DNA of 39,964 bases from Octopus bimaculoides (Eukaryota), in the NCBI RefSeq assembly GCF_001194135.2, contig NC_068986.1, positions 82,201,088 through 82,241,051 on the forward strand, in the 5' to 3' direction. The position numbers were made by a program, and so were the translations under genes. The notes under the pieces are model-generated. The model was given only the letters and a program-made list of their open reading frames with translations. It was not told the origin of the DNA and searched no databases. The number at the start of each line of letters is the position of its first letter. Within the stretch, counting starts at the first letter, position 1. This document shows, piece after piece, positions 23,851 through 36,970 of the stretch.

Positions 23851-24084
23851 CAGGAGTACACTCACAAGCAGATAGGCATAGACATAGGCACAAGCACACA
23901 TTCACACACACAAATACACGTATACGAATGCACATGAATTCGCTTGCGCGCATCTTGTGGGAGCAGACATTATTGATGGATGTGCGACAACAATCTGGTG
24001 TGGCATGACAAATACACCAATGGGCGATTAATCAATAACAACAATAAGAAAAAATAACAACAACAACGGCAATGATAATAGAGA

Positions 24085-24209
24085 TGAAGAGGGTGAAGAG
24101 GCAGAAGTGGAGAAGGAGAAGAAGAAGGAGGAGGAGGAGAAGAAGAAGAAGAAGAAGAAGAAGAAGAAGAAGAAGAAGAAGAAGAAGAAGAAGAAGAAGA
24201 AGAAGAAGA
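24085..24209. repeat. (GAA)n/(GAG)n purine trinucleotide repeat running into a gap
   Basis: Directly visible. Confidence 0.95.
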
Positions 24210-24586
24210 NNNNNNNNNNNNNNNNNNNNNNNNNNNNNNNNNNNNNNNNNNNNNNNNNNNNNNNNNNNNNNNNNNNNNNNNNNNNNNNNNNNNNNNNNNN
24301 NNNNNNNNNNNNNNNNNNNNNNNNNNNNNNNNNNNNNNNNNNNNNNNNNNNNNNNNNNNNNNNNNNNNNNNNNNNNNNNNNNNNNNNNNNNNNNNNNNNN
24401 NNNNNNNNNNNNNNNNNNNNNNNNNNNNNNNNNNNNNNNNNNNNNNNNNNNNNNNNNNNNNNNNNNNNNNNNNNNNNNNNNNNNNNNNNNNNNNNNNNNN
24501 NNNNNNNNNNNNNNNNNNNNNNNNNNNCATAAATAATGCCACAATGCATTTGTCCACCTCTCCACCCATTACTATATATTATATCG

Positions 24587-24588
<2 letters not shown>

Positions 24589-24665
<77 letters not shown>

Positions 24666-24679
24666 CAACAACAATAATG

Positions 24680-24711
<32 letters not shown>
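24589..24711. repeat. (ATT)15 directly followed by (AAT)n, giving a 54-bp perfect AT-only palindrome at 24607-24660
   Basis: Centre TTAA at 24632-24635. Confidence 0.92.
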
Positions 24712-24712
<1 letters not shown>

Positions 24713-25765
24713 GTTCGCGATAGAATTCAGGTTTGGTTTAATCCGTATGTGATGTAGTAAATCTAATGAAATTGTTTCTGTGTTCTGGTTGGTCGGAATA
24801 AGGTTAATGGGAAATTTTTGTTCAAAAGATGTTGATATCTGTAATATAAAACTGGTAAATTGATTTTTCTGCTGTGTGCGTATGTGTGCGCGCGCGTGTG
24901 TATGTGTGTGTGAGTAAATATGTCGATTTTATTATTGTGATGCAACAAAATGATGATGGCGAAGGATTAAATAGATGTACTCTAAATAAAACACCACTAG
25001 CAGCAGCAGTAGAAGAAGCAGCAGCAGCAGCAGTAGCAGCAGCTGTAGTAACAACATTGACAACAATATAGCGTATTCAAGTGAAATCATTCATTTTCTA
25101 TTGTATTCCGTTTCATAGTAGAGAGATTATTGATCGGAATTGTTCGATATCTCGGTGACAGACTGGAAGCTTTTGATGGGAGACAATTCTGGACGAGAGA
25201 GTAGACGAGCTCTTAAAAAAAAAAAATTATCCAAAATGAAACAAACAAAAAAAAAACTGAGTCAAATAAAATAATTAAAAAAAACTACAAAGCTGTTGGC
25301 AAGAAATCATTAAAATCAATGTCATTTGAAAAGCAAAGGGAAATGAGAAGAAAAGGAAAAAAATATTAAAAATCTGTAAAGTCTCCCCTTTCACACACAC
25401 ACACGCGCGCACACAGACACATACACACACACACACGCATGCACGTGCACGCGCACGCGCACACACCGCTGTCGAATTGACGTAACAGCTTCACCGGCAA
25501 CAATAGCAACCAACACTTTAACGTAAACATGAAAATAATATTAGAATTGCGGTTAGCTTCATTATCAGTGTTGCCATTAATAGTACAAAGAATTCTCGAT
25601 CTAGTAAAGGTGAAGGTGTGGGTGGTTTGGTGGTGGTGGTGGTGGTGGTGGTAGTGGTGGTGAGGACGGCTGATATAGAAATGTAAAGAACAGAAAGAAA
25701 AAAAAATAAGAACAAGAAACGAAAACAGGGGAGGATGGAGTTTTAGAATAACTGAGGATGAATAA

Positions 25766-25769
<4 letters not shown>

Positions 25770-25835
<66 letters not shown>
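25770..25835. repeat. (AAT)n microsatellite
   Basis: Directly visible. Confidence 0.95.
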
Positions 25836-25839
<4 letters not shown>

Positions 25840-27060
25840 CAACAACAACAATATTTTACTATTAAATATTTAACACGAAACACAATAGAAAGTGGGTCTT
25901 TTCATCGCACAGAAATGTAGTACAGTAAACCGAGATATACTTAATGTATTGCCGACAAAATGGCCGCTCACTTATAGCGTTGCTATGCTAGTGATGTATA
26001 TACAACTGGTAAATAGGAGGGAAAATATTCAATGTTACCACTACCTTGACTCTATAAGCAAGGAAATACTTGCGATAGATTAATACATCTGTTATGTCCA
26101 GACTGTTAAAAGTACATGAAACTTAATCTCTTCAACAGTAGACATAACGGTCATATGAGGTGAAGAAATATGTTTAAATGAATTGTATAGAATATATAAA
26201 AGTTTCATAAGTAGGAAAACTACAGGTGTATATATGTGTGTGTGTATGTATGTGTATTTATATATATATTTGTGTACACACACACATACACACACTTACG
26301 TACATATAGATCTCCATACATATGTTTATATGCATAGGCGCGCGCGTGTGTGTGTGTGTGTCTGCCTATATATACATTATTATTTTACATACAGCTTACA
26401 CTCTTGTATAACCACTTCATCAGCTGCCGACTAGAGAACAGCGATTTCAGCACCTCTTCCGATATCATCACTTATTTCAGTGTTGCCAAGCAACATCGAT
26501 GCTACCAGAGAATATCCTGATTTGGAGAAAATTCCTACTAACCACAACATCAAATTGAACGCACCGATAACCACTCTAACCACGCATCACATAAAATATT
26601 TCGTATTACTTGTATTACTACTCACTGAAAATTTGTTCATTCACAGCTTTGATCCTTTTTTCACATTCCTCATCCATATTCGTGATGAAATATTTTCTAT
26701 TCCCCTCTTCAGCTAACCAATCACTACTCTACTGTCTTTCCTAACTCCAATGCCACTAGGTAGGACATGATGGATTTAGTCACAAATCCATGACATTTCC
26801 CTTCTGCATGAGCTACCGTTACTCCGATAATTCTGTATTTTTACAGTTACACTTTTTCCATGACAGTAGATAATTTTTTTTATTCCACAACGTATTTGTA
26901 GTGGCTTCATGCAGGCATAGCGTGGATTCGATCCTCAATTACCGAATTTCACTCAACACTTCAACAGCGCTTTTCTCACGGTAAAACAATAGCTTTCCTG
27001 TGAATGACAGCAGTTATACATTTCCCAGATGCCTTCACTAAGCAGAATAATGTCTTTGCC

Positions 27061-27152
27061 TCTCGCCAACCTCCACCAACCTCTCTCACCAACCTCCGGC
27101 AATCTTTCTCGCCAACCTCCGAAAACCTCACTCGCCAACTTCCAACAAACTC
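27061..27152. repeat. Four-copy 23-bp minisatellite (conserved tctcgccaacctcc plus 9 variable nt)
   Basis: Units start at 27061, 27084, 27107 and 27130. Confidence 0.85.
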
Positions 27153-27413
27153 TCCCTCCTCCAGCTGAGAGTTTTTTGTACTTTTTCGTGACGGAAAATA
27201 CACCTTTTGTGGCAGTTATAACGAAATTGCTTTCTTATATCAGAGTAATAAGGCGTTTCAATAGAACATCTTTACCCCCGGGAATTACNNNNNNNNNNNN
27301 NNNNNNNNNNNNNNNNNNNNNNNNNNNNNNNNNNNNNNNNNNNNNNNNNNNNNNNNNNNNNNNNNNNNNNNNNNNNNNNNNNNNNNNNNNNNATACATAC
27401 ATACATACATACA

Positions 27414-27444
<31 letters not shown>

Positions 27445-27499
27445 GTATGCATGTATATATGGATAACGTCATACCCACACAACCTTGCAAAGAGGCGTC

Positions 27500-28100
27500 A
27501 TTATGATCTTAACCTGTTGATCGTTTGTCATTAGCGTCGACAGAACAACACTCTCTCAAGCTGTTGCTGAACGCTTTACTGATGGCATGAACAACACTTC
27601 TGCAGAAGTGTCAAATATGAAACTTCACAGTGGTCCATGGCATAGGAGAAAAAAAATCTCCATTAGATTTGAAATTTAAGATGTAAAGGATCTTGCAGGC
27701 TAAGTAATATCAAAAGATATTTGTGCTGCAGGAGTTGGAGGTTATGTTCATGTAGTTTCGAATAAATATGTGATCTATTTTTGCTCGGCTGAGGACGGTG
27801 AAATTTGGTTGTCCGTAAGATATGTTTTGAGATATACCGAGAAACTCGGTTATGGTTATCTGCTTAGCAGTCTTCGAAAAGTCAGAGGTTAAGCACACTT
27901 ACTGCTGTGTTTACAACTATTGAACTGGTGAGACTCCGAACTAAATATATGACATAATGTATGAGAGTACAATAGAGTTAGAGAGTATTTTATGTTAGTA
28001 GATTAAGATATGGATTTCCTCGGTCAGACAAGAATCAGATGATCGTATTGGTGGTGAGGGAGATTATGATTGATAAGGATCAAAGATGATTAATACTGTA
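27500..28100 (-). mobile_element. Possible LINE APE-endonuclease remnant
   Basis: Minus ORF 27710-27898 contains SRAKIDHIFI (cf. SRIDHIF), followed by PWTTVKFH (cf. WKFN/WKLN). Other motifs are not recoverable. Confidence 0.35.
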
Positions 28101-29700
28101 GACATTTAACGATGATATAGACATTTAGCGATGATATGGTCTCTGCTTCAGCTCTATCAGTGCTGCAAAGGACTGAAGGTGACGAAGAAAAGGAGAAAGA
28201 GAGAGCGAGAAAGAGAGGTGGGGCTTTGTGGATGAATTTGGGCATGCGCACACAAACGCAGTACCATTGTAAGCTAGTGTGTTAATTTGTGTGTGAAATG
28301 TGTGAAGATTTGCGTGTGTGAAGTATGTATATACGTGTACGCGCGTCTGTGAATTATGTTGCGCAGTTGGGAAATGCATCTGAAGCTTAAAGTTATGTCT
28401 GTGAAACGACGATATGAATCTAATTATAATTTATTCCCCCATCCTCCATACACACAACGCATACATAAACAAAGATATTCACATGGTTACGTGTGTAAAT
28501 GCATACATGTGTGTGAGTTTATGTGTATACATACATACATACATACATACATACACACATACGTAAGATAAGGCATAAGTAATGGTTATATTTCTTGTAG
28601 TAAATTCGACTTACAACTGTTTCCAGTAGTCATTATAGGTTCGTTATTGTTAGGTTTACTCAATTGGCCCAGTTCACAAAAATTAAACGGCCCAGAACTC
28701 TGTTTTATATGTATAATGTTCGTATAGATGCATACAATGTTTTGTGTATACTCATATATCCTTACAAGGGGTTGCAAAAATTTCAATGTTAGTTTAATGG
28801 AGTTAACATCAAGGTTGAAATTTTCAAATGTCTGGACGTCAAGAATGTTTTAGTCAACGATATTATTATATAAAGTGGAAGATTTAGTGAAATATTTATT
28901 GTAAGACATGTAACAGAGAGACAAGAGTAGGGTTGGAGAGGAAGAAAGAGAGAAAGAGAGAGAGAGAATGTCATCAAGTAAACCGGATGTAACGTGAGGG
29001 ATAAGAAAAGGCAGTGTTCAGTCAGTATTTTCAGTGAATATATATCATAATTTTCATTGCTCATGAGTTGAGAAATATATCAAAAGTTTCCTTTGTTAGA
29101 CAAGAGTTAGATTCATTTTGAACTTAAAGGAATAGAGTTGTTCTCATTAAACAAAGAAGTTCAATGTATATGGGGGAAGTTTGAAGTTAACAAATATGTC
29201 TATGGTTTAAAAAATGGTGTTTGAGAAAATCCTAGCGATATATACAGACCCTAATATAATTCGTCTTTATTTGTGGTACTCGAAGTAGATAAAGCTATAA
29301 ATAATTGCATATGAATAATGGGTTCAAAATCCTTTGCATGGAACAAAACCCTTGTATTGCGGTTTTCTGTTTCTATATATATTTTATAAATGTCTTTACA
29401 GAAATGTCTGTATCATAAATGATTATTTGTTGATTATAAATGGATGATAAACAGATTCCTCTACCGCCATGATGTTTTTAGAATCAACAGTTTGGTCAGT
29501 ATGATTCCTTAATTATTCAACCCGTTTCGAAACATAGTTATTTGGGAGACCAAGGTCAAATATTAATACGCAAAACGATTTTTTTGTCATGGAGAATGAA
29601 GTCACTTTAGTTCTAATGTTTTCTCTTCTGGTTTTTCACTATATTAAAGCACCAAATATTTCACATTGAAACTTTCTAAGACAGGGAACATATCAAATCA

Positions 29701-29739
<39 letters not shown>
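29701..29739. repeat. (TATC)n tetranucleotide repeat
   Basis: Directly visible. Confidence 0.95.
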
Positions 29740-29740
<1 letters not shown>

Positions 29741-30059
29741 ACACACACATATGCACCCCCCCACACACACACACACACACAGGTGTCTCTATGGTAACTT
29801 ATCAGCAAATTCTCTTTTCAAACACACCCTTTTATCAAAAGAAAGACAGGTTTACAGTACTTTAGGAAGAAGAAAAAAGTATGCGATGGGTCTGCTACAT
29901 CAGAGGCAACTCTGGGCTAAACAAAACACAGACGAACTTACTTCACAAGATTATCTACTAAATAATACCAATACAGTAGACTCTATATCTTCACATTTTC
30001 ATTCCCTGGTAAAACTACATGTATTTTAAACATTTTCTCACTATGCTCTATCTAGGACA

Positions 30060-30321
30060 TAAAAATAGTTCAGGCAGAGTTGACTCCCTTAGCTACAGAT
30101 CTCAAAATTGTGCGACCTGACTTCGTTTCCGAGGTTATTTTTGTAGTAAAATTGAGTTGCTGTTCAAAACAATATACTCTATTTGGTAGCCGAAAGATTA
30201 CTGAAACTTTTGATACCTCATACGTCAAAATCGGCAACTCAGTTTACGAATCTATAAGGAACATACGCACGCATGCATGCACACGCGCGCGCACGCACAA
30301 ACTCTGTTTTATTATATAAGA
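30060..30321 (-). mobile_element. Possible non-autonomous Helitron-like 5' end
   Basis: Minus strand begins A|TCTTATATAATAAAAC followed by a short microsatellite and ccgattttgacg, a layout seen in small non-autonomous Helitrons. No 3' hairpin+CTRR found. Confidence 0.3.
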
Positions 30322-30379
30322 TATATATATATATATATACATCTCTCTCTCTCTCTCTATCGCTCTCTCTCTCTCTCTA

Positions 30380-30459
<80 letters not shown>

Positions 30460-30460
30460 T
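30322..30460. repeat. (TA)/(TC)/(TA)/(CA) compound microsatellite
   Basis: Directly visible. Confidence 0.95.
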
Positions 30461-31112
30461 TCAGATAGACAGATGGATAAACAGATATAGATATAGACGT
30501 GCGTGTCTGTGCGTGCACCTGTGTGCGCGTGTGTGTGTATATGTGTGCATGCATGCATCAGTTGAAAGTTTGTAATTTGGATCTATTTGTCACGACTGTT
30601 TAGTGTTATGTTATTGTGCCTCAAAATGGGGCTCGATTGACAGAATTATTAGAGCATCAAACAAAAGTGCTTTATGTCATTTGTTCCGTCTCTTCACGTT
30701 CGAATGCTTCAAGCGTCAATGTTGCCTTTCATTCTTCCTGGTGAATGATTGGGTGCCTGTCAGAAACATGTAGTCAACGACAGTACTGTTCATCAAATCC
30801 GATGATGAATTACTCTTTACTAAGTGCATCACTTAGTATGTTAAGAAATGTGTTGGTGAGTAAGTACAAAATAACGTAAGCCCCTGGGAAAACATCTGAA
30901 ATATTGAAAACATTCCTTTAGGATATAGAGTAGCAGGAATTTAATCAAGGTACGCTGGTTTTCAAGTGTATATAAATGTGTACACACACACAAACACACA
31001 CCTATATACATATACATACATACACACTCACACACACACACACAAATATATATACGTGTGTGTGTACCTATATTTCAATCTATCTATCTATTTATCTTTC
31101 TCTCACTTTGTC

Positions 31113-31153
<41 letters not shown>

Positions 31154-31724
31154 GGGCATTACTACACATAAATGCTTCACACAATGAGGGACTCTTAAAG
31201 TCAAAACTACCATAATAAATACAGTGTACCGAACACAAGGGAATGCAGCTCTTGAAGCGAACTCTTAAAAACAGACTCAGCCGCAAATCATATGATTTCA
31301 TAGTTAGTGTACAAAATACAGTTTCTAATCATCAGTGCAAGCATAATCAAGACACATAAAAATGAACAAAAAGATATTCAGTGATGAATTATTCTGAATA
31401 TACACGTGTACCGAGATGTAATTCGAAAAGTCCGCCTCTTACATAGATATATAAGAGTGAACAGCTCTATGTACTATACTAGATACATTTGGTGTTCGTC
31501 TGACATTTTTGTTCATTTTTATGTGTTTTGATTATGCCTGCACTGACGATTAGAAAGTGTATTTTGAACACTAACTATGAAATCATATGGTTTGCGGCTG
31601 AATCTTTTTTTAAGAGATCGCTTCAAGAGTTGCATTCACTCGCGTTCGGTACACTGTATTTATTATGGTAGTTTTGACTTTAAGAGTTCCTCATAGTGTG
31701 AGGCAGTTATGTGTAGTAATGCCC
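31154..31724. mobile_element. 571-bp foldback MITE with ~218-bp TIRs and TTAA flanks (Kolobok-like termini)
   Basis: 31154-31371 is the reverse complement of 31506-31724 (about 17 mismatches by hand count). TTAA|GGGC...GCCC|TTAA at 31150-31153 and 31725-31728. The superfamily is inferred from the TTAA plus 5'-RR rule. Confidence 0.85.
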
Positions 31725-32360
31725 TTAATATAAATAAATATATTTAAAGGGAATAATTATAAATTTTTTCCTTATGAGGTTTTTCACGCTGACTACTTGA
31801 TAAATTCTTATAAAGATTTTATCCTATTTTAAAATTATATATATATATAGCCTGCTAGCCTTGGCTATGTCAAGATGTGTTTTTTTTTTCATGTATTCTT
31901 CTTACCCACTTAGATTTTCAATGTTGTCACAACAGTAATATGTCCATTCTGCTGTAATTTTCAGTAAATTTTCTATATCCTTGTGCAACTGAAGATTTTT
32001 CTGCATTTTGCATTTAATGTAATGCTCGCATTACTTAAATAAATGGAGTAACATGNNNNNNNNNNNNNNNNNNNNNNNNNNNNNNNNNNNNNNNNNNNNN
32101 NNNNNNNNNNNNNNNNNNNNNNNNNNNNNNNNNNNNNNNNNNNNNNNNNNNNNNNNNNNNNNNNNNNNNNNNNNNNNNNNNNNNNNNNNNNNNNNNNNNN
32201 NNNNNNNNNNNNNNNNNNTATATACATATGCAATATTAAACTAGAAACAGATACACTGATGGGTAAAAGATTGAATGTTCATCTGTACATTGCAGAGAAA
32301 AGATATTCTTTATCTAGACCATACAGCTTTAGCATTGTATTAAAGATAATCATAATAAGT

Positions 32361-32425
32361 CACAGGGATTTGAACTCAGGGACTAGTAATACAATGGATT
32401 CCAGCCGCTGCTCTAACCACTCCGT
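32361..32425 (-). mobile_element. Isolated tRNA-like SINE head or tRNA pseudogene
   Basis: A-box-like gagtggttagagc and B-box-like gagttcaaatcc. No intact cloverleaf seen. Confidence 0.5.
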
Positions 32426-32919
32426 TAAATCTATGTGTTCGCCGACGTATATGGTAAAACATGGAGAGAAAAAGGAAAGACTATACAGACTGTTTTAGCC
32501 ATATATTTATCGAAGCGTAATAAAATAGTTCCAATATTGAACACAGATGTCGCAGCATACCAAAGCGTAGGGGCTTCAGTCATATATTGACCAACATAGA
32601 CTTACGTCTTTTGCCAGCGAAGCGGCGATAAAACAAAACGGATTTCTCATGTGAAAAATGCAACTTTAAAATCTATATATATTAGCAAAGGAAAACAAAA
32701 AAGAAAGTATATGGAATACAACATCAGAAGCCAACAAAACAACAAAAGAGTAGAATAATAAAATAACTACTTGAGTTGGCAGACGACAAAATCCTGGATT
32801 AAGAGACAGACTGAATAAGAAAGATGGTCAAACATTCTTTCAGTAAAATTAATGTTTCTTACGGTTTCTTACGGTTGAAAGTATTCTTTGATGTTACTGA
32901 TGTTATATGCTGCAGCTGC

Positions 32920-33010
32920 GACCACCACCACCACCACAACAACAACAACAACAACAACAACAGCAACTACNNNNNNNNNNACAACAACAACAACAACAAC
33001 AACAACAGCA

Positions 33011-33041
<31 letters not shown>

Positions 33042-33045
33042 ATAC
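32920..33045. repeat. (CCA)/(CAA)/(CTA) trinucleotide mosaic around a 10-N gap
   Basis: Directly visible. Confidence 0.9.
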
Positions 33046-33195
33046 TACTCAGTAACTACCTAGTAGGCAAAACTAAAAGCGATATACACATAAACATATG
33101 TCTGTGCATGTGTGTACGTGTGCTTGTGCATACGAACATACACACAAATACACACACACACATTCACATATATATATATATGTATGTATGTCTGT

Positions 33196-33234
<39 letters not shown>

Positions 33235-33792
33235 NNNNNNNNNNNNNNNNNNNNNNNNNNNNNNNNNNNNNNNNNNNNNNNNNNNNNNNNNNNNNNNNNN
33301 NNNNNNNNNNNNNNNNNNNNNNNNNNNNNNNNNNNNNNNNNNNNNNNNNNNNNNNNNNNNNNNNNNNNNNNNNNNNNNNNNNNNNNNNNNNNNNNNNNNN
33401 NNNNNNNNNNNNNNNNNNNNNNNNNNNNNNNNNNNNNNNNNNNNNNNNNNNNNNNNNNNNNNNNNNNNNNNNNNNNNNNNNNNNNNNNNNNNNNNNNNNN
33501 NNNNNNNNNNNNNNNNNNNNNNNNNNNNNNNNNNNNNNNNNNNNNNNNNNNNNNNNNNNNNNNNNNNNNNNNNNNNNNNNNNNNNNNNNNNNNNNNNNNN
33601 NNNNNNNNNNNNNNNNNNNNNNNNNNNNNNNNNNNNNNNNNNNNNNNNNNNNNNNNNNNNNNNNNTATCTTCCAGCCATAATCTAGTTGATATTTTTTGT
33701 ATTTTTAAAATATATTTAGGGGATATTTTTTTACTTTTCTTTTTAGGCAAACGGTCAGATTTAGCCCGAATATCCTGTACACACACACATAA

Positions 33793-33833
<41 letters not shown>

Positions 33834-34069
33834 CACCCACACACACACGCACACGCACGCATGCACACACACACGCACACACACATATACACACGTATGT
33901 TCAAAATGGAGACAAGTGCCAATACTTCGATGTGACATACTTGAATTATTGGGAAGATCGCTTAACACACAAACATTGGTAGCTTTGGTAACTCAGAAAT
34001 AAAGAATATTTATCCATTAATGCGTTGTTGAGCACTCACTCTCACTGTTTTATATTAGCGTAAGTATAT

Positions 34070-34152
34070 CTATCTATCTATCTATCTGTATACAAACACA
34101 CACACACATATATATATCCACACACACATACATGTATATGTACGTATATGTA

Positions 34153-34244
<92 letters not shown>

Positions 34245-34332
34245 ATTTTATTTAAAAGAGTTCCAACTCTGTCTGTTTTTTATGTTTTATTATCATGACC
34301 GGTATCATGACCGGTATCTGGCAGACTGTAAC

Positions 34333-34367
<35 letters not shown>

Positions 34368-34440
34368 AAGATACATACATACATACATACATACAAGCAT
34401 ACATACATACATACATACAAAGCATAGTTAGATAGATAAA
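34070..34440. repeat. (TATC)/(TA)/(GATA)/(TACA) microsatellite field
   Basis: Directly visible. Confidence 0.9.
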
Positions 34441-36229
34441 CACAGACTGACATACAGTGTATCGGACCGCTCGTGAGTGCTTGTTGGTAGTGGCTATCAG
34501 CCACTAAACTGACAAAACCAACCAAACGTGTTTAGTGAGGAGAGTGATTATGGGCACTTCATGTGAATTAAAACAGAACCTATCAGAGGACGCATGGACT
34601 TAGGGGAGCCGATGGATTTCCTGTGTATGTATGTATGTGTGCATGTATGTATGTATGTATGTATGTATGAACGCATGTATGTATGTATGTATGTATGCAT
34701 GATAAATAAGCAAAAGCAAGGGGAACAGTTTATAACTATATTTGTATAACACTCAAAAGAAAAGGGTCTTTAACGTTTTGAATATCGTCCTTCATCACAA
34801 AAAAATTGCTACATATATACACGTATGCATGTACGTATATATATATATATATATATATACATATTTCAGACTTACAGAAAACAAAGGACGAAAACAAGTG
34901 AAGGAACAACAAGCAGGTGTATTAGTTTGACGCTCATAACATACATANNNNNNNNNNNNNNNNNNNNNNNNNNNNNNNNNNNNNNNNNNNNNNNNNNNNN
35001 NNNNNNNNNNNNNNNNNNNNNNNNNNNNNNNNNNNNNNNNNNNNNNNNNNNNNNNNNNNNNNNNNNNNNNNNNNNNNNNNNNNNNNNNNNNNNNNNNNNN
35101 NNNNNNNNNNNNNNNNNNNNNNNNNNNNNNNNNNNNNNNNNNNNNNNNNNNNNNNNNNNNNNNNNNNNNNNNNNNNNNNNNNNNNNNNNNNNNNNNNNNN
35201 NNNNNNNNNNNNNNNNNNNNNNNNNNNNNNNNNNNNNNNNNNNNNNNNNNNNNNNNNNNNNNNNNNNNNNNNNNNNNNNNNNNNNNNNNNNNNNNNNNNN
35301 NNNNNNNNNNNNNNNNNNNNNNNNNNNNNNNNNNNNNNNNNNNNNNNNNNNNNNNNNNNNNNNNNNNNNNNNNNNNNNNNNNNNNNNNNNNNNNNNNNNN
35401 NNNNNNNNNNNNNNNNNNNNNNNNNNNNNNNNNNNNNNNNNNNNNNNNNNNNNNNNNNNNNNNNNNNNNNNNNNNNNNNNNNNNNNNNNNNNNNNNNNNN
35501 NNNNNNNNNNNNNNNNNNNNNNNNNNNNNNNNNNNNNNNNNNNNNNNNNNNNNNNNNNNNNNNNNNNNNNNNNNNNNNNNNNNNNNNNNNNNNNNNNNNN
35601 NNNNNNNNNNNNNNNNNNNNNNNNNNNNNNNNNNNNNNNNNNNNNNNNNNNNNNNNNNNNNNNNNNNNNNNNNNNNNNNNNNNNNNNNNNNNNNNNNNNN
35701 NNNNNNNNNNNNNNNNNNNNNNNNNNNNNNNNNNNNNNNNNNNNNNNNNNNNNNNNNNNNNNNNNNNNNNNNNNNNNNNNNNNNNNNNNNNNNNNNGTGT
35801 GTGAGCATACATATACATGCGCACACATACACACACACACACACCCACGCACACCAGCACATACACTCACACGTTCGTACACACACATATACACTCCTAT
35901 TCACACACAAACACATACATCAATAGCTGCATTTTTTGTTTTAAAGTATTTCTGTAATCAATGGAAGAAAACGTTCAGTGATTGGAGTGTGCGGTGCGTG
36001 TGTGGAATAGATGTGTGAAGATGGAGTAAAGGAAGTTTTCATCTCAGTGACGTTGTTAATTAAATTGTTTGGCAGCTTCCCTAGGAAGTGATGGAGACTG
36101 TGTCAAAGGTTAAAGGCCACATAAAGTGATAGCTACTTACAAAGACATGGTACTTCAGAACATTACCAAGTGAAAACAATGATGAAGATAGTGTTTTTAG
36201 CAAGCTGGACATGTTGCTATTGATTCCTT

Positions 36230-36282
36230 GCTGTTGTTGATGCTGTTGTTGTTGTTGTTGTTGTTAATGTTGTTGTTGTTCT

Positions 36283-36324
<42 letters not shown>

Positions 36325-36870
36325 CAGTAGTAGTAAGTAGTAGTAGTAGTAGTAGTAGTGACGTTGGTGGTGTTTGAGGTGATGGCAGATGTGTTTTTCG
36401 TTGTTGTTGGTTTTCTTGCTGGTGGTAGTGGTGGTGGCGGTGGTGGTGGTGGTGGTGGTGAAACTCGAGTTGATTTTGTGGTGCTGATGGCATAGTGTTG
36501 TTAGTGTTGTTGTCGGTGGTGGTTTCTGTGGTAGTAGTGGTGCTGATAGTAGTTTTGGTGGTAGTGGTTGTGGTGGTAGTTGCTTTGGTGGTGGTGATAG
36601 TATGGTGTGGTTGTTGTTGTTGTTAATGGTGGTGGTGGTGGCAGTGGAGTGTTATTCGAGGTGGTGATGGTGGTAGTCGTGTTGACAGTAGTAGTAGTAG
36701 TAGTAGTGTCGATGTTGGTGGTGGTGATTCTTGTATTGAAAGAATTATGTTATAATCGTTGCCCTGGATATCAACTTTAATCATAATAGTGATGGATACA
36801 CAATAGAAATAGTAGTGAATGTACTATTATTTTGTACGTAACATCGTGGTTGTTGTTGTTGTTGTTGACA
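36230..36870. repeat. Mosaic (GTT)/(GTA)/(GTG) trinucleotide low-complexity field
   Basis: Directly visible; source of the poly-H/Q/T/N pseudo-ORF. Confidence 0.9.
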
Positions 36871-36970
36871 TCTATGAGATAACAACAGCAATAACAACCT
36901 ACCTTTCATCATTCAAGGGATGATTTAATCGAATAACACCCCCCCCCCCACTTAAGCTTATATTATAAAC

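Noticed and set aside
24072-24757. Poly-R/K/L/S/I ORFs
   Set aside because: (GAA)n, (ATT)n and (AAT)n repeats plus a gap.
26470-26720. CAGTGTTGCCAA (TIR-like) and short hydrophobic ORFs
   Set aside because: No matching inverted end found and no recognisable protein motif.
27061-27152. Repeat-spacer appearance suggesting CRISPR
   Set aside because: 14-bp repeats with 9-bp related spacers in eukaryotic DNA; no cas genes.
32361-32425. Functional tRNA gene
   Set aside because: A and B boxes are present, but the acceptor and anticodon stems do not pair; treated as a SINE head or pseudogene.
32940-33010. Apparent duplication of (CAA)n-cagcaactac on both sides of a 10-N gap
   Set aside because: Most likely overlapping contig ends left unmerged by the scaffolder.
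3328-36018. Long ORFs rich in H/T/Y/I/C/V or spanning X runs (e.g. 14469-15515, 33098-33982, 34825-36018)
   Set aside because: Translations of dinucleotide/tetranucleotide repeats and N-gaps; no coding signal.
36197-36493. His/Gln/Thr/Asn homopolymer ORF resembling a transcription-factor low-complexity region
   Set aside because: Pure trinucleotide mosaic with no flanking domain or splice context.
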